From: an uncultured Bacteroidota bacterium
GTDB lineage: Bacteria; Bacteroidota; Bacteroidia; AKYH767-A; 2013-40CM-41-45
DNA length: 64,000 nt
Direction: 5' to 3'
NCBI GenBank assembly: GCA_937871435.1
Contig: CALMQM010000073.1
Location: 3,282-67,281 of the forward strand
The notes under the pieces were generated by a model. The model worked only from the letters and a program-made list of their open reading frames with translations, was not told where the DNA came from and searched no databases. Both the position numbers and the translations under genes were made by a program. Below are positions 48,900 to 58,957 of this stretch, one piece after another. Each line of letters opens with the position of its first letter. Positions within the stretch are counted from its first letter, which is position 1.

Positions 48900-50286
48900 C
48901 CAGCATCACCTGCATGAATTAGCAAGATTGGTAGGTGATTCCTTTGTGTATACTAATCAGGAAATTCTTGCTTCCAATGCACACGATTATACAGAAGACC
49001 TGCGTTTCTATCCCGAAGTGGTAGTAAAACCATCTTCTGCCGCAGAAATTTCTGCAATACTTCAGTTTTGTAATAAAGAAAATATTCCCGCTACTCCCCG
49101 TGGCGCCGGTACCGGTTTGAGTGGCGGAGCATTGCCTGTTCATGGCGGAATTGTTATTTCAACAGAACGATTAAACAAGATTATTCAAATCGATGAAAGA
49201 AATCTTCAGGCTACGGTTGAGCCCGGAGTAATCAATCAGGTCTTTCAGGATGCAGTGATGGAAAAGAATTTGTTTTATCCACCTGATCCTGCAAGTCGTG
49301 GAAGTTGTTTCCTCGGTGGCAATCTCGCTGAATGTGCCGGTGGACCTAAAGCCGTTAAGTATGGTGTAACCAAAGATTATATCCTGAATTGCGAAGTCGT
49401 TCTGCCCACCGGAGAAATTATCTGGACAGGTGCGAATGTTCTGAAAAATTCAACCGGATACAATCTCACTCAACTGATCATCGGAAGTGAAGGGACATTG
49501 GGCATCATCACACGAATTGTCGTCCGCCTGATTCCTCTTCCTACTGAAAATTTACTTTTGCTCGTTCCTTTTTTCAGTGCAGAAAAAGCCTGTGAAGCTG
49601 TAAGCGCGATTTTCAGATCCGGCGTTACTCCTTCCGCTCTTGAATTTATGGAACGTGATTGTATTGAATACGTAATGAAATTTGTAGATGTAAAAATTCC
49701 TTTGAAGGAGGGAATACAGGCGCATCTCATAGTGGAAGTCGATGGGAACGACAAGGATGTGTTGTTCAAAGAATGTGAAAAGATCTCTGAAATCCTTTAT
49801 CAGTACGAATGCGATGAAATCCTTTTCGCTGATTCAACTCAACAAAAAGCAGACCTGTGGCGAGCTCGCCGTTCTGCAGGTGAAGCTGTAAAATCACATT
49901 CCATTTACAAGGAAGAAGATACTGTTGTTCCACGAGCCGAATTACCCGCGTTGTTGAAAGGTGTGAAAGCGATCGGAACAAAATATGGATTCAGAAGTAT
50001 TTGTTACGGACATGCAGGTGATGGAAATCTCCATGTGAACATCATCAAAGAAGAAATGAGTGATGAAGCCTGGGCGAATGAAGTGCCCAAGGGAATCCGT
50101 GAGATCTTTCAGTTGTGCGTTCAGCTCGGTGGAACCATTTCCGGTGAACACGGTATCGGTTATGTCCAGAAAAATTATATGAACATTCCTTTTTCATCTA
50201 CTCAAATGAATCTGATGAAAGGAATAAAAAATTTATTTGATCCAAAAGGAATCCTGAATCCGGGAAAAATATTTCCGGAAGTATAA
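48880..50286 (+). CDS. FAD-binding oxidoreductase (GlcD / D-lactate dehydrogenase-like)
   Basis: 468 aa. GTG start overlaps the upstream gene. FAD-binding PCMH domain (PEVVVKPSSAAEI...ATPRGAGTGLSGGALP) and a C-terminal FAD-linked oxidase domain. Confidence 0.8.
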   Translation: MAFQKINQHHLHELARLVGDSFVYTNQEILASNAHDYTEDLRFYPEVVVKPSSAAEISAILQFCNKENIPATPRGAGTGLSGGALPVHGGIVISTERLNKIIQIDERNLQATVEPGVINQVFQDAVMEKNLFYPPDPASRGSCFLGGNLAECAGGPKAVKYGVTKDYILNCEVVLPTGEIIWTGANVLKNSTGYNLTQLIIGSEGTLGIITRIVVRLIPLPTENLLLLVPFFSAEKACEAVSAIFRSGVTPSALEFMERDCIEYVMKFVDVKIPLKEGIQAHLIVEVDGNDKDVLFKECEKISEILYQYECDEILFADSTQQKADLWRARRSAGEAVKSHSIYKEEDTVVPRAELPALLKGVKAIGTKYGFRSICYGHAGDGNLHVNIIKEEMSDEAWANEVPKGIREIFQLCVQLGGTISGEHGIGYVQKNYMNIPFSSTQMNLMKGIKNLFDPKGILNPGKIFPEV

Positions 50287-50314
50287 CATTATCGGTTCGC
50301 ATTGTAGAAAATTC

Positions 50315-51121
50315 ATGAAATCCAAAGTTGCAGTCATCACCGGAGCCTCTTCCGGTATTGGAAAATCACTCGCATTGTGTTTTGCAAATGCGGGTTACGC
50401 CGTGGTTATTTCCGGAAGAAATCAGCAGCGGATGAAGGAAGTACAGGATCAGATTGAAAAGGAGGGAGGAAAAGCAATCTGTGTGATGGCGGATGTTTCA
50501 AAGGCAGCAGATTGTAAAAGATTGATTGATGAAAGTATTGCCGCATTTGGTCAACTCGATGTTTTGATCAACAACGCAGGCATGTCGATGCGAGCATTGT
50601 TTGAAAAAACCGAATTGAGTGTGATCCGACAGTTAATGGACATCAATTTCTGGGGAACTGTGTATTGTTCCAAATTTGCTTTGCCTTACCTGCTACAATC
50701 AAAAGGAAGTATTGTAGGAATTTCTTCCATCGCCGGGAAGAAAGGATTGCCCGGAAGAACTGGTTATTCCGCTTCAAAATTTGCCATGGAAGGATTTCTG
50801 GAAACATTGCGAACGGAGAATTTAAAGAAAGGATTGCACGTTTTAATTGCCTGTCCAGGATTTACTGCATCAAATATTCGTCAGTCTGCATTATCCGCTG
50901 ACGGGAGTTCACAGGGAGAATCGCCAAGAGATGAGAAAAAGATGATGCAGCCGGAGGAAGTTGCAGGTAGAATTTTACAGGCTGTAGTAAAACGAAAAAG
51001 AGATCTGGTAATGAGCAGCGATGGAAAGCTGACTGTATTCCTGAATAAATTTTTTCCTTCTCTGATGGATAAAATTGTGTACAATCACATGGCTAAAGAA
51101 CCGGATTCTCCATTTTCCTGA
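50315..51121 (+). CDS. SDR family oxidoreductase
   Basis: 268 aa. TGASSGIGKSLA Rossmann motif and the YSASK active-site motif. Confidence 0.85.
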   Translation: MKSKVAVITGASSGIGKSLALCFANAGYAVVISGRNQQRMKEVQDQIEKEGGKAICVMADVSKAADCKRLIDESIAAFGQLDVLINNAGMSMRALFEKTELSVIRQLMDINFWGTVYCSKFALPYLLQSKGSIVGISSIAGKKGLPGRTGYSASKFAMEGFLETLRTENLKKGLHVLIACPGFTASNIRQSALSADGSSQGESPRDEKKMMQPEEVAGRILQAVVKRKRDLVMSSDGKLTVFLNKFFPSLMDKIVYNHMAKEPDSPFS

Positions 51122-51511
51122 TTAGCCAACAACAATTCTTACTTTTCCCACGCCGATTAATTTATCCGTTTCATCGTAAACGTATACGATGTATTCACCG
51201 GCCTCATGAAAATTTATTTCCTTTTTAAACCAGGTATAATGAGGTTTCGGATTAGCTTGAATCGAACTGTGATAAATTTCTTTTTTCGTGTCTTCGTCCA
51301 TTTTGAAAAAGTCAATCTTCAGAGAATGGGAATTGATGACGTCAGACAATTGGATGAGCATCATTAAAGATCCACCGTTGTTTCCAATAATAAAATAAGA
51401 ACTTGCATGTACCGGCTTGCCTTCAGCCGAAACATCTTCACAAAACAAAACAGATTGTGCAGACCCGGTAAGACTAAGTAAAAGAAACAGAATCAGGATT
51501 CGGAATTTCAT
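51122..51511 (-). CDS. Small secreted hypothetical protein
   Basis: 129 aa with a signal peptide. Directly downstream of, and co-oriented with, the TBDR gene. Confidence 0.5.
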   Translation of the reverse strand: MKFRILILFLLLSLTGSAQSVLFCEDVSAEGKPVHASSYFIIGNNGGSLMMLIQLSDVINSHSLKIDFFKMDEDTKKEIYHSSIQANPKPHYTWFKKEINFHEAGEYIVYVYDETDKLIGVGKVRIVVG

Positions 51512-51544
51512 GATCTTTGGATCTTCTTATGCAGATTGAATGAA

Positions 51545-54061
51545 TCAGAATTTGGCATTCAACCGGACATTCAACTGCCGCGATGTGAGGTAATTCGGAA
51601 TCGCGTATTTTCTGGCATTCGTTACATCAGTGACCCAATTGTATGAAGCCACATTACTTACCTGCAAAAGATTGAATACTTCCACACCGAGCCAAAGGCT
51701 TTGAACATTTGCAAGTAATTTGCCTTTCGGTTTGTGTTTTACTTCATCACCAATTAATTGTTTCGAGAAGCCAATGTCTACTCTCCTGTATGTCGGACTT
51801 CGCAAGACATCTTTGTAACGGTCTTTCCCCGGTGGACCAAATGGTAGAGCTGTCCCAAACAATAAGCTGAGAGACATTTTGTAAGTTGGAAATTTTGGAA
51901 GATAATCCTGGAAAAACAAGCCGAAGTTTACACGCTGATCAGCCGGACGAGGAATATATCCCGGTTCAACACGTGTACTGTCCACTGCTTTTGTATCGAA
52001 AGTATAACCTGGAATAATTCTTTCTCCTTCCGCATTGTAACGGATGTAGTAAAAATCTCCCTGGATATCTTCTTCGGTCTGCAAAATCGATAAACTCGCC
52101 CATGATTCTGCTCCCGGAACGAATTCACCAAACAAACGAAAATCAATTCCTCTCGCATAGCCTTTAGAAGTATATTCAGGCAGATAACGAATACGCAGAT
52201 TGTCGATTTTGTAAGGGATTAACTGATCCAACGATTTATAGTAAATCTCTGACGTCAGCTTAAATTCCCTTCCCATTGCAAGGAATGTAAAATCTGCACC
52301 CAATACTCCATGAATACTTCTCTGTGCTTTCGTCTCAGGATGTACTTTTCCCTCCAGATCGCGCAGCTCGCGATAGAAGGGAGGCTGATAATAAAATCCT
52401 CCCGCAGCACGGAAGTTTAAACTCTTTTTCGGATTCGGTTTAAATGTAACTGATCCACGCGGACTGATTACAAGTTCTTCATTCAGGTCCCAATAATTGG
52501 CGCGTACACCAAGATTCAAAATCAATCTGTTCTTGTCCAGTATTTCCCAGGTATTTTGAATGTAACCAGACATCCGATTTGAACTCAAAGAGGATTTTGA
52601 AATCACTACATCATTCAAAAGAATCATTGGATTTGCTGTATCGCGCGGAGAAGGAATTGAGAATCCGGCTGAATCATTATAGTACCATTCGTGCAGTTTG
52701 TCTTCGATGTCTTCGTGCTGATACTTCACTCCCCATTGCCAAAGCATACTTTCCTTCACGATTTCTCCTTTGTGTTCAGCGCTGTACACACTTGCATCCA
52801 AACGGTTTCTGGCATGATTGAGAAATGAACCCACACCAAGATTGAAAGCCACATCTCCGAAATTGTCTTTCCCGAAATCATTCTCCAACTGATCTAAAAA
52901 ATACTGTCCCAGTATGTCGAAATTCTCTTCTTCCTGAGTCCGATATGCGCTTGCAATCAGCTTTAGTTTTACATTTTCTGAAGGCTTATATGTACTTGAA
53001 AATGAGCCGGTAAAAGTCTGGTATCGATCTATTTCTTGCCCTTCAAAATAGACAGTAAATCGTTTTGCATCATTGATAGTACCGAAATTGGTTTCTCTGG
53101 TTTGAGGGACAAGGTTGTACCGGTTTCGTGCATAATTGCCGAACACTTCCAAAGATAATTTCTTCGAAATATCCACTCCTGTAAGAATCTGAACATCGGT
53201 AAAAGAAGGTTTGTATTCTCCTTTAGTATCGAAAGTATTCAGCAAGTATTGGTTGGATTTCTGCCGGACACCGGTCATGTAATACCATTTTTTGTTCTTG
53301 CTACGGTTTTCCAATTCTAATGAACCTCCGAGCATACTCGCACTGAGTGATCCGCCAAATTTAGAGGGCTTTCTATATCTGATGTCAAGTACGGAAGATA
53401 GTTTGTCTCCATACACAGCATCAAAACCACCGGCGGAAAATTGGATGGATTCAACCATGTCCGGATTGATAATGCTCAATCCTTCCTGTTGTCCTGATCG
53501 CACGAGCAAAGGACGATAGACTTCAAAGTCGTTGATATAGACCAGATTTTCATCGTAATTACCTCCGCGTACGGAATAGGATGAACTCAATTCATTCGCG
53601 GAACCCACGCCGGGCAATGTTTTAATCAGGTCTTCCACACTTTGATTGGGTGTAGGAATTACACTCACAACCTTCGGATCAATTTTCGTAAGGTTTAAGG
53701 ATTTCATTGACCGTTCCTCGATGTTCACAGTACCAAGTCCGATCACTTTATCCCGAAGTTTTCTGTCGATGTTTCTTTCTTCGCCCGGATTCAGTTTGAT
53801 CGAAATTGTATCCGCTTTGAAACCGGTATAGCTAAATACGATTTTGATAGCCTCATCGGCAGGTACAATCAGTGAATAAGAACCATTATCACTTGTTGTA
53901 ACTCCGATTGGTTTTCCAAATACAGAAACGGTAGCGCCAAACACAGCTTTGTTCAATGAATCTTTCACTGTTCCAAAGATGCGCGCTTGTTGTGCCTGAG
54001 AAGCGGAGCAACAAAAATATAAAATGAAAAGAATGGAGGAGAGTGTGCCTCTCAGATTCAT
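51545..54061 (-). CDS. TonB-dependent receptor with N-terminal carboxypeptidase-regulatory-like domain
   Basis: 838 aa. Signal peptide, then ARIFGTVKDSLNKAVFGATVSVFGK (CarboxypepD_reg-like), a plug and a barrel ending in LNAKF. Confidence 0.8.
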   Translation of the reverse strand: MNLRGTLSSILFILYFCCSASQAQQARIFGTVKDSLNKAVFGATVSVFGKPIGVTTSDNGSYSLIVPADEAIKIVFSYTGFKADTISIKLNPGEERNIDRKLRDKVIGLGTVNIEERSMKSLNLTKIDPKVVSVIPTPNQSVEDLIKTLPGVGSANELSSSYSVRGGNYDENLVYINDFEVYRPLLVRSGQQEGLSIINPDMVESIQFSAGGFDAVYGDKLSSVLDIRYRKPSKFGGSLSASMLGGSLELENRSKNKKWYYMTGVRQKSNQYLLNTFDTKGEYKPSFTDVQILTGVDISKKLSLEVFGNYARNRYNLVPQTRETNFGTINDAKRFTVYFEGQEIDRYQTFTGSFSSTYKPSENVKLKLIASAYRTQEEENFDILGQYFLDQLENDFGKDNFGDVAFNLGVGSFLNHARNRLDASVYSAEHKGEIVKESMLWQWGVKYQHEDIEDKLHEWYYNDSAGFSIPSPRDTANPMILLNDVVISKSSLSSNRMSGYIQNTWEILDKNRLILNLGVRANYWDLNEELVISPRGSVTFKPNPKKSLNFRAAGGFYYQPPFYRELRDLEGKVHPETKAQRSIHGVLGADFTFLAMGREFKLTSEIYYKSLDQLIPYKIDNLRIRYLPEYTSKGYARGIDFRLFGEFVPGAESWASLSILQTEEDIQGDFYYIRYNAEGERIIPGYTFDTKAVDSTRVEPGYIPRPADQRVNFGLFFQDYLPKFPTYKMSLSLLFGTALPFGPPGKDRYKDVLRSPTYRRVDIGFSKQLIGDEVKHKPKGKLLANVQSLWLGVEVFNLLQVSNVASYNWVTDVTNARKYAIPNYLTSRQLNVRLNAKF

Positions 54062-54073
54062 AGGCGAGAAAAT

Positions 54074-54736
54074 TTATTCGTCTTTAATGCTTTTGTTTTT
54101 ATTCTTGAATTCTCCGTTTTGCCACATTTGAATGAACTTGGACCATGCAACAGGATTCAGCAGGTTGTTGGGCGGTAATTGACCTGCATAATACAAGCGA
54201 CTGGTTTGTTGCTCCATGGCATTCTTAAAATTCATGCTTCCATCCATTGGCATTGCAGTAGCAAGGATTCCCAGCTTACCCGGATCCAGATTTCTTTTCG
54301 CTCTGACCATATCATCGGATGGAATATGCAATCGCAGAAATGCTTCCTTAAATTGCTCTTTTGTAGGCCATGGAAAGATGACTATTTCTTTAAGTAAAAT
54401 AGTATCCGGCTTTAACAACTGTATGAGGGAACAACGGTGGTCGCTCAAAGTATCCGGGATAACAAAAACAGCTTTTTTATATCCAATGGCAAGAAACTCA
54501 ATGGTATCTTTCATCTTCGCCACAAAGGAGAAGAAGCCATAGTAATCACCTACAGTTCCTCTGTAGGTATTCTTAATCATAATACTTGTATAGGGAACAG
54601 GGTTGAGGCTGTCACTTGTGACTACAATTCCAGAAAATTGAACAAGGTCATTGGCAGGCAGATTTTTTTCCTGTGCAAACACTCCTGAAGCCATCAGAAA
54701 GAAGGCTGCAATTAAGGGAAGTATTGTTTTCATCAT
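54074..54736 (-). CDS. Secreted carboxypeptidase-regulatory-like domain protein
   Basis: 220 aa. Signal peptide plus a CarboxypepD_reg-like beta-sandwich (FSGIVVTSDSLNPVPYTSIMIKNTYRGTVGDYYGFFSF). 13 bp upstream of the TBDR on the same strand. Confidence 0.55.
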   Translation of the reverse strand: MMKTILPLIAAFFLMASGVFAQEKNLPANDLVQFSGIVVTSDSLNPVPYTSIMIKNTYRGTVGDYYGFFSFVAKMKDTIEFLAIGYKKAVFVIPDTLSDHRCSLIQLLKPDTILLKEIVIFPWPTKEQFKEAFLRLHIPSDDMVRAKRNLDPGKLGILATAMPMDGSMNFKNAMEQQTSRLYYAGQLPPNNLLNPVAWSKFIQMWQNGEFKNKNKSIKDE

Positions 54737-54870
54737 ATGGATCGCAGGCCTAAAGGTATCAACTTATTTTGTACTAAATCAACGCATTTTTGAACGTTTC
54801 AAAGGCTGAAAAATTGTTACAATTCCCTGTCATCACTCCACATTGAATTGATTAAATTTGTAGCAATCAG

Positions 54871-55920
54871 ATGGGAGCAACTCAGTCCACCTCACGCAAT
54901 TACAAATACTTCTGGAGTTTGCTTCCAGGATTGGTAACAATTTCAGGGAATTTGGCCGGAGGATGGTGGGGAATTTCCAATCTGATCTTTTCTCTTGGAA
55001 TACTTGCTTTTATCGAATGGTTTTTTCCTGAAGACAGAAGTCAGGAGCATGAAGATTCTTCCTTCATTCCTGACATGATACTGATGCTGCATGCGTTTCT
55101 TCAGGTTTGTGCATTGGTATCGTTTTTCTACTCTATAAAAACAGGTCGTTTTACCGGATGGCAATTGTTTTGGGCATCCTTATCAACCGGAGTACATTCA
55201 GGTTCATCCGCGTTAATCATTGCACATGAAATGATTCATCGTAAACAGCGGATATGGCAAATTACAGGAAAACTATTGCTCTTTTCTGTAAGCAATGTTT
55301 ACTTCTACATTGATCATTTAAGGGTGCATCACAAATGGGTAGGAACAGATAAAGACCCGGCTACCGCTAAATTTGGAGAAAATCTCTATCGTTTTTTTAT
55401 TCGATCCGTTTTTGGACAAATTGCAAGTGCCTGGAAAGTTGAAAAGAACCGTTTAAAGGCCGAAAACAAGCATCCTGTAGGTTTGGAGAATTATGTTCTA
55501 TCCAATACCTTGCTCCTTATTGTATTTTATATTCTGATCATTCTGACACTTGGAAAAATTGCAGCGATCGCTTTTGCTCTGCAGAGTTTCTTTGCGAATT
55601 TTCTGCTGGAATACACCAATTACATTGAACATTATGGTTTATCCAGAAATGAAAAAGAAAGAGTGAATGAAAGATTGAGCTGGCAAACGGATAAAGTCAT
55701 CAGTCGATTTATTTTGATTGATCTCAGTCGTCATAGTGACCATCATTATTATGCATCGAAACCATATCATACACTTATCCGCTACGAACACAGTCCCGTT
55801 CTTCCCGGTGGTTATGCTTCAGCAATCTTCCTTGCATTATTTCCTCCATTGTGGTTTCATGTGATTCATAAACGATTGAAAGAATACAAGGTTCAGGTTC
55901 TCCAAACAACTCAGGAATAA
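54871..55920 (+). CDS. alkB: AlkB-family integral-membrane alkane 1-monooxygenase / fatty-acid-desaturase-type hydroxylase
   Basis: 349 aa. His boxes HEMIHRK, HLRVHHKW and RHSDHHYY, plus the NYIEHYGL (HYG) motif diagnostic for AlkB. Confidence 0.8.
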   Translation: MGATQSTSRNYKYFWSLLPGLVTISGNLAGGWWGISNLIFSLGILAFIEWFFPEDRSQEHEDSSFIPDMILMLHAFLQVCALVSFFYSIKTGRFTGWQLFWASLSTGVHSGSSALIIAHEMIHRKQRIWQITGKLLLFSVSNVYFYIDHLRVHHKWVGTDKDPATAKFGENLYRFFIRSVFGQIASAWKVEKNRLKAENKHPVGLENYVLSNTLLLIVFYILIILTLGKIAAIAFALQSFFANFLLEYTNYIEHYGLSRNEKERVNERLSWQTDKVISRFILIDLSRHSDHHYYASKPYHTLIRYEHSPVLPGGYASAIFLALFPPLWFHVIHKRLKEYKVQVLQTTQE

Positions 55921-55938
55921 AACAGCGGCTTTTTAGAA

Positions 55939-56670
55939 ATGATAAATAATCCCGTATCTGTTCTCAGAAATTACTTTCTCCTGATAAGTGGAGTATTTAT
56001 GTTATTTCTTTTTTCATGTAAAGATGATGTTGTTGAGCCGCCGATTAACAGCACGTATACCGGATATTTCCCTTTGGACTCAGGCTTCTGGGTCATCTAT
56101 GATGCGGATTCTGTAGTGCATCTTGATTTTGATGATCCATTCAATATTGATACTGCAATTGAACGGTACAGTTTTCAAATCCGTGAAGTGATAGATTCGG
56201 GTTTTGTGGATGCCGAAGGTGACTGGGCGTACAGGATTTCACGGTATAAACGCGGGAGCGATACTCTTCCCTGGACTTTTCTGAATTTATGGACAGCAAA
56301 AATAAATGGTAGTTCTGCTCAGCGGGTTGAAGACAATATTCGTTTTGTCAAACTTTCATTTCCTATCAACGAAAGAAAAACCTGGAATGGGAATGCATTC
56401 AATTATTATACAGAAGAAGACTATGCATATAGCCAGATTCATCAACCTTATTCCATTCAATCTAACCATTTTGATTCCACAGTCACAGTGATCCAAAATG
56501 ATTTTATTTCCAATGTGAATCGCATATACAAATCTGAAGTATATGCCAATCATGTTGGAATGGTATTCAAAGAACAGGATAGTTTGAACACCGTGAATTT
56601 ACCCAATGGCACAGTCCTGATCCTGAATGGTACAACCTATCAGTTAAGAATCAACGATTACAAACACTAA
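55939..56670 (+). CDS. Hypothetical lipoprotein
   Basis: 243 aa with a lipobox (LFLFSCKDD). Its stop is 3 bp before the S8 peptidase ATG. Confidence 0.55.
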   Translation: MINNPVSVLRNYFLLISGVFMLFLFSCKDDVVEPPINSTYTGYFPLDSGFWVIYDADSVVHLDFDDPFNIDTAIERYSFQIREVIDSGFVDAEGDWAYRISRYKRGSDTLPWTFLNLWTAKINGSSAQRVEDNIRFVKLSFPINERKTWNGNAFNYYTEEDYAYSQIHQPYSIQSNHFDSTVTVIQNDFISNVNRIYKSEVYANHVGMVFKEQDSLNTVNLPNGTVLILNGTTYQLRINDYKH

Positions 56671-56673
56671 GTC

Positions 56674-58329
56674 ATGCTAAAACGGCTTTCCTTTCTGATC
56701 ATGTTGTTGTTTGCAGGCCTCTCACAGGCGCAACACACAAAATATTTTATTCAGTTTACGGATAAACTGAATTCTCCGTACAACATCGGAACTCCATCTG
56801 ATTTTTTATCCCAAAAAGCAATCGATCGCAGGACAAGGCAGCATATTGCAGTTATAGACAATGATATTCCTGTTAATCCGAATTATGTAGCTGCAGTAGA
56901 AAATACCGGTGCGGTTATTTTTGCTAAATCAAAGTGGATGAATGGTGTTGTTGTGCAATGTGATTCAACACAACTTCAAAATATCCTCACATTGTCGTTT
57001 GTGCGTAATGCGAAGATGGTGAACCGGCAAGCGAACTCCGTCGGTGGGAAAAATAAATTTAAGACTTCCAATACAGCTCCACTTGCTGCAGGAAATTTAC
57101 TTCGCATCCAAAGTTATGATTATGGTAGTTCATTCAATCAGATTCATCTTATGAATGGAGAATACCTGCACAATGCCGGATTTAAAGGTGAAGGGATGAC
57201 CATTGCTGTACTGGACGGAGGATTTTATTCAGTTGATGTATTGACTCCATTTGACAGTATCAATGCAGCCGGACAAATCCTTGGAACCTGGGATTTTGTA
57301 GCGAATGATAATTCTGTTTACGAAGACATCACACATGGAATGTCTGTTCTTTCCTGTATCGCGGGGAATGTATCAGGACAACTGGTAGGGACAGCACCAC
57401 ATGCCAATTTCTGGTTACTTCGTTCAGAAGATGCTGCAACGGAAAATCTCATTGAAGAATACAATTGGGTGAGTGCTGCGGAATATGCAGACAGTGTAGG
57501 AGCAGATTTAATCTCCAGTTCACTTGGTTATTCAACCTTTGATGATTCGTTGATGGATCACACCTATGCAGATATGAATGGTGATGTTTGTCCGTCCAGC
57601 ATTGGAGCCGATATCGCAGCATCAAAAGGATTGTTGGTATTGGTAAGTGCAGGAAATTCCGGACAGAATCCCTGGCATTATATTTCAGCGCCTTCTGATG
57701 CTGATAGTGTTTTAAGTGTGGCTGCTGTGGATGAGTTTGGATACAAAGCAAATTTCAGCAGTTGGGGACCAGCATCTGATGGAGCAATTAAGCCAAATGT
57801 AGCGGCAAAAGGAAAAAATACTACCATATCAAATTTTGACGGAAGCATTGGTCAGGGTAATGGAACCAGCTTTGCCTGTCCGGTGCTTGCCGGTGCGGCA
57901 GCTTGTCTATGGCAGGCTCATCCATTAAAAACTAACATGGAAGTATTTCATGCAATTGAGGAAAGTGCGAATTATTATAACAATCCTGGTGATTCACTTG
58001 GTTATGGCATACCAAATTTTATGGTTGCAGATCTATTGCTTGGCGGAACTGTATTGAACCTGGATGCAGAAGATAATCTTTTAAGTGTGTTTCCGAATCC
58101 ATTTCAACAAAGTTTCGAAATCAGTTATTATTCATCTCTCACTCAAACTATTCAGTTGGAAGTCATCAATGAATTGGGACAGAACCTGATGAATTCTTCA
58201 GCAGAAGTAATAGGAGGTAAAGCAAACACGATTACTTTCCCTTCGCTTTCATCTCTTCAAAATGGAGTTTATTTTGTTCGTGTAGTCTCTAAATCAAAAT
58301 CGTTCCTTCGAAAAGTTGTAAAGATTTAA
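56674..58329 (+). CDS. S8 family (subtilisin-like) serine peptidase with T9SS sorting domain
   Basis: 551 aa. Catalytic D (TIAVLDGGF), H (HGMSVLSCIAG) and S (GTSFACPVLAGAAAC). C-terminal Por-secretion tail (LSVFPNPFQQSFEISYY...GVYFVRVVSKSKSF). Confidence 0.85.
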   Translation: MLKRLSFLIMLLFAGLSQAQHTKYFIQFTDKLNSPYNIGTPSDFLSQKAIDRRTRQHIAVIDNDIPVNPNYVAAVENTGAVIFAKSKWMNGVVVQCDSTQLQNILTLSFVRNAKMVNRQANSVGGKNKFKTSNTAPLAAGNLLRIQSYDYGSSFNQIHLMNGEYLHNAGFKGEGMTIAVLDGGFYSVDVLTPFDSINAAGQILGTWDFVANDNSVYEDITHGMSVLSCIAGNVSGQLVGTAPHANFWLLRSEDAATENLIEEYNWVSAAEYADSVGADLISSSLGYSTFDDSLMDHTYADMNGDVCPSSIGADIAASKGLLVLVSAGNSGQNPWHYISAPSDADSVLSVAAVDEFGYKANFSSWGPASDGAIKPNVAAKGKNTTISNFDGSIGQGNGTSFACPVLAGAAACLWQAHPLKTNMEVFHAIEESANYYNNPGDSLGYGIPNFMVADLLLGGTVLNLDAEDNLLSVFPNPFQQSFEISYYSSLTQTIQLEVINELGQNLMNSSAEVIGGKANTITFPSLSSLQNGVYFVRVVSKSKSFLRKVVKI

Positions 58330-58460
58330 CTGAAGGATTTCAACGCGACTTACCTATTTTATTTTTGAAATGGAATAAGTCCTCAAATAGCAATAGCAAA
58401 CTTTATTTTTGGATAGTAAAATATTTATATTCAAAATGAAAGTCTGGAGCACGATTTTAT

Positions 58461-58883
58461 CTACTTAACATTCTGTTTTTTTGCAGCTAATTTTACCGCC
58501 AGAAGGGCCATTGGAATATAGGCTCCCGCTACATCTAATATAGAAAACCAGACAGGAGAGGGCAGCATAAAAACATTCGCGATACCGCCAAGCATAAATA
58601 AAATTGCGACAATCATGGCTGGCTTCAATTTTGAACCAACTGCCATTAATGCTGCAATAAAAGCACCTACAAGAGTTCCTAATGCATGAGCAACAAAGGG
58701 AAAAATGAAATGCCTGGGCTCAAACAAATGCATCGAAGCTTTTAATCCTTCCAGAGTTGTATTATCAACTCCGGGAGGAGGAGGAATGACAGAACCACTC
58801 AACATAATAATTCCCATGTTGACAACACTTCCTACAATTAAACCTGTAACTACAGCCAGTATATTTCTAAGGGTTGGATTCAT
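58461..58883 (-). CDS. Hypothetical membrane protein
   Basis: 140 aa with 3-4 predicted TM helices. No motif recognised. Confidence 0.5.
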   Translation of the reverse strand: MNPTLRNILAVVTGLIVGSVVNMGIIMLSGSVIPPPPGVDNTTLEGLKASMHLFEPRHFIFPFVAHALGTLVGAFIAALMAVGSKLKPAMIVAILFMLGGIANVFMLPSPVWFSILDVAGAYIPMALLAVKLAAKKQNVK

Positions 58884-58957
58884 ATCCTATAAGATAATTC
58901 ATTTATTAATTTACCTGAAACATATTTCAGTTCCTGTCTATTCACGCTGAATATTCT

